From Vibrio vulnificus CMCP6 (GTDB taxonomy: Bacteria > Pseudomonadota > Gammaproteobacteria > Enterobacterales > Vibrionaceae), in the NCBI RefSeq assembly GCF_000039765.1, contig NC_004459.3, positions 2,926,104 through 2,958,103 on the forward strand: a stretch of 32,000 nucleotides of DNA, given 5' to 3'. Under the pieces are notes generated by a model. The model was not told the origin of the DNA. It did not search any database and worked only from the letters and a program-made list of their open reading frames with translations. Within the stretch, counting starts at the first letter, position 1; every line of letters begins with the position of its first letter. Both the position numbers and the translations under genes were made by a program. Shown piece after piece: positions 29,712 to 32,000 of the stretch.

Positions 29712-29752
29712 TGCGAATAATTCTCACTTTTATATAATGATAATCATTCTTA
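29712..29752. promoter_or_regulatory. Fur/Mur-type operator array between ppaC and the MntX-like gene
   Basis: 29733-29751 TATAATGATAATCATTCTT matches GATAATGATAATCATTATC at 16/19. 7-1-7 sites (TGATAATNATTATCA): 29738-29752 (12/14), 29732-29746 (11/14), 29712-29726 (11/14). Confidence 0.8.
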
Positions 29753-29770
29753 TTTGCATTGAGGGCAACA

Positions 29771-30985
29771 ATGAACGCAACGAAATTTTTTAGCTCAACG
29801 CACCCATTGCTGCAACCGACGCAGTTTCGTCTCGCTCATAAACGGTTGATATTGCCTGTTGCCCTTTTGGTGTTGCTGCTTAGTGACACGACTCGACAAA
29901 TCACCGTTACGACTCTCTCTGACTCTTTCTGGGCGGTTTCCTGTTACGTCGCGGCCACACTCGCCATTTACCACTATTTGTCTGGCTTTATGTCGCGCAC
30001 CAATCGAGTCACACAACTTTATCGCGCATCACGCCACTACCAAGTCTTTTTTGCAGCATTACTGGGCGCTCTGCCCGGTTGTGGCGGCGCTATTGTTGTC
30101 ACAACGCAATTCATCAGCGGCCGAGTTGGCTTTGGAGCGATTGTGGCCGTGCTAACCTCAACCATGGGCGACGCTGCCTTTCTGCTGCTCGCCGCCAAAC
30201 CCGTGACTGGACTCGGCGTTATTGCGTTGGGCATTGCAGTCGGAACCCTTTCTGGCATGGTGGTGAACGCATTCCATAGCGACGATTTTTTACGGCCCAA
30301 AGTGAGCGATGAACCTAACCAACCACATTGTTGCCAAAACAAGCAAAACACTCACACCCCACTTGAACAGCGAGCCATTAACTTACAGGGCGCGTTTTGG
30401 AAATGGCTTCTGATACCTGCCGCGGGCGTCGCTCTGCTTGGTTCGTTTCAAGTGGATGTGAATTTGCTGCTTGGTCTTGAGGAAAACACCATCGAATGGA
30501 TGGGCGCGATTTTCGCCGTCACCAGCATGTTCCTTTGGGCATTGACCAAAGAGCTCGGCAGCTATCAATCCGCCGTCTCTGAAGACGAAAAGATCATCGA
30601 CTCCCATCCGATTCAAAAAGCCGCCCAAGACACGAATTTCGTCAGTGCTTGGGTGATTTTGGCCTTTCTCGTCTTTGAGCTGACTCGCTATTTTTCTGGA
30701 CTGAATTTACAGGTGACGTTCTCAGGATGGGGCGTATGGATGCCACTCATCGGGGTTGCCGTGGGAATGTTGCCCGGATGCGGGCCACAAATTCTCATGA
30801 CCAGCTTATATCTCTCCGGTGCCGCTCCGCTCTCCGCGCAGCTCGCTAACGCGATTTCAAACGATGGTGACGCGCTCTTCCCTGCCATTGCAATGGCACC
30901 GAAAGCGGCTTTGGTCGCGACGATTTACTCCGCCATTCCTGCGTTTATTGTGGGTTATGGTTATTTCTTCCTGTTTGAATATTAG
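29771..30985 (+). CDS. mntX: MntX-like putative manganese transporter (PF11449/DUF2899-type)
   Basis: 404 aa polytopic protein with two LPGCG-containing repeats (GALPGCGGAIVVTTQFISG; GMLPGCGPQILMTSLYLSG), divergent from a Mn-dependent pyrophosphatase. Start MNATKFFSSTH. Confidence 0.78.
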   Translation: MNATKFFSSTHPLLQPTQFRLAHKRLILPVALLVLLLSDTTRQITVTTLSDSFWAVSCYVAATLAIYHYLSGFMSRTNRVTQLYRASRHYQVFFAALLGALPGCGGAIVVTTQFISGRVGFGAIVAVLTSTMGDAAFLLLAAKPVTGLGVIALGIAVGTLSGMVVNAFHSDDFLRPKVSDEPNQPHCCQNKQNTHTPLEQRAINLQGAFWKWLLIPAAGVALLGSFQVDVNLLLGLEENTIEWMGAIFAVTSMFLWALTKELGSYQSAVSEDEKIIDSHPIQKAAQDTNFVSAWVILAFLVFELTRYFSGLNLQVTFSGWGVWMPLIGVAVGMLPGCGPQILMTSLYLSGAAPLSAQLANAISNDGDALFPAIAMAPKAALVATIYSAIPAFIVGYGYFFLFEY

Positions 30986-31032
30986 TTTGTACAAAGCAAA
31001 CAACCGTCAAACACCCCATCATCTCAACGGAA

Positions 31033-31058
31033 AAGAGCCTCTATAACGTGAGGCTCTT
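31033..31058. terminator. Terminator shared by convergent genes
   Basis: AAGAGCCTC-TATAACGT-GAGGCTCTT between the 3' ends of the MntX-like gene and the glycosidase gene. Confidence 0.6.
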
Positions 31059-31086
31059 GTCTGGATATGCTTACGACTAAGCGCGC

Positions 31087-32000
31087 TTACGCTGTGACGA
31101 TGGCTTTGGCATTCAAGCCTGGATTTAATTGGGTCACAAACAACTGGCAAGGCTCATCACTTAAGCGTTCTTGTGTCCAGTAGTCGTACCAATGCACTGG
31201 CGTATCAGAGATCAACGTAAACTCTTTGTCTTGCTGGCCGTCATAATTGAACAAACAGTGCAGATCGTTTTTCTCGGTTAGCTTCAAGAAGGCGTGGTTG
31301 AGACTGAACGCGGTAAATTTCGCCGCATTCTGATTGTGCTTTTGACGAACCATCAATTTGGCAAGACAAGATTTGGCGAATGGCGTGATCTCTGGAAGTG
31401 GATCGCCCGACAGCAGCAGCCCGCCACACGCAAGTAGGACATTGCGGTGAAATTCATATTCTTGCCTTTGCGCACCTTGGTTAGGTAGCGAAGTGAACGT
31501 TGCGCAGTCAGGATCAATCTGCCAAAGTTTTCGATGCTGCCAACTGCGGTAGAAGGTCTCTTTGGCAATTTGTTCGAAGCGATGTGCGTGGCGCTCAACG
31601 TCATCCGAAACGCGCATGGCATCAACCAATCCTAAAGAGGGCCACATAGGTGCGTTACAACCAAGTAGCCACGCTTCGCCCGCTCCTTGAGCAATGGCTT
31701 CCATTCCGAGTCGATACGCTTCAACACCTGTTATGCCTTTTTGGTAACGCTGCCCTTTTAGCGTTCCCCAATAGTTAGCGTCCAATTTAAAGAGCTCTAC
31801 GCCCCACTCTTCTCGCATGGTTTTTACCACATGAGTTAGATGCTCCTGCACTTCAGGATGTGATGTATCAAGGATATACCAAGGTGTACAGCGCCAACCG
31901 CCATAAGTGATGTCCTCTGCTTTTAGCAGTGAGCCATCCTGATGTTTAACAAACCATTCGGGATGCTTACGAAAGATCTCTGATTCAGGCTGAGCAATAA
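31087..32000 (-). CDS. Alpha-galactosidase-like glycoside hydrolase (GH36/GH27-type), C-terminal part; 5' end outside window
   Basis: The minus strand stays open to the window edge: ...HPEWFVKHQDG...YGGWRCTPWYILDTSHPEVQEHLTHVVKTMREEWGVELFKLDANYWG, consistent with the (beta/alpha)8 core and catalytic FKLD of GH36/GH31-clan enzymes. Confidence 0.72.
   Translation of the reverse strand, partial: IAQPESEIFRKHPEWFVKHQDGSLLKAEDITYGGWRCTPWYILDTSHPEVQEHLTHVVKTMREEWGVELFKLDANYWGTLKGQRYQKGITGVEAYRLGMEAIAQGAGEAWLLGCNAPMWPSLGLVDAMRVSDDVERHAHRFEQIAKETFYRSWQHRKLWQIDPDCATFTSLPNQGAQRQEYEFHRNVLLACGGLLLSGDPLPEITPFAKSCLAKLMVRQKHNQNAAKFTAFSLNHAFLKLTEKNDLHCLFNYDGQQDKEFTLISDTPVHWYDYWTQERLSDEPCQLFVTQLNPGLNAKAIVTA

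Noticed and set aside
29593-29727. Upstream extension of the ppaC ORF (MRIIRNSWTSLFLVS...)
   Set aside because: The conserved family II pyrophosphatase N-terminus begins at MILVVGHKNPDSDS with a good ribosome-binding site; the extension would run through the regulatory region.
1-32000. Possible mobile or defence system, CRISPR array, toxin-antitoxin pair, retron or riboswitch
   Set aside because: All sizeable ORFs fit housekeeping or stress/transport families with tight spacing. I saw no integrase, transposase, reverse transcriptase, direct-repeat array or tRNA-flanked junction; isolated short hairpins are adequately explained as terminators or leaders.

Overview
This 32 kb window looks like conserved Vibrio-type chromosomal DNA. 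I see no phage, transposon, CRISPR array, toxin/antitoxin or defence island, and no tRNA or rRNA. In order it carries: a partial CDP-alcohol phosphatidyltransferase; the NO-response/hybrid-cluster module norR-hcp-hcr; a SAM-dependent methyltransferase; an RluA-family pseudouridine synthase; a methyl-accepting chemotaxis protein; an NSS-family Na+-dependent transporter; cardiolipin synthase; cystathionine beta-lyase; DNA-3-methyladenine glycosylase I; an RND efflux operon with two adaptor lipoproteins (VexIJK/VmeGHI-like); pspABC divergent from pspF; sapABCDF; a secreted DUF2927 protein; a DUF2750 protein; a Mn-dependent (family II) inorganic pyrophosphatase divergent from an MntX-like 10-TM metal transporter; and a partial alpha-galactosidase-like gene. 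I found no convincing wholly new system. The best leads are regulatory: (a) a Fur/Mur-type operator array between the Mn-pyrophosphatase and the MntX-like gene; (b) an 11/12 TyrR-type box plus an abutting palindrome upstream of the NSS transporter; (c) sigma54 promoters for hcp-hcr and pspABC, with a 19-nt palindrome over the pspF promoter; (d) a PspF with a GSFTGS loop instead of GAFTGA; (e) an FNR/CRP-like box ahead of norR. All calls come from reading the sequence; no database searches were run.
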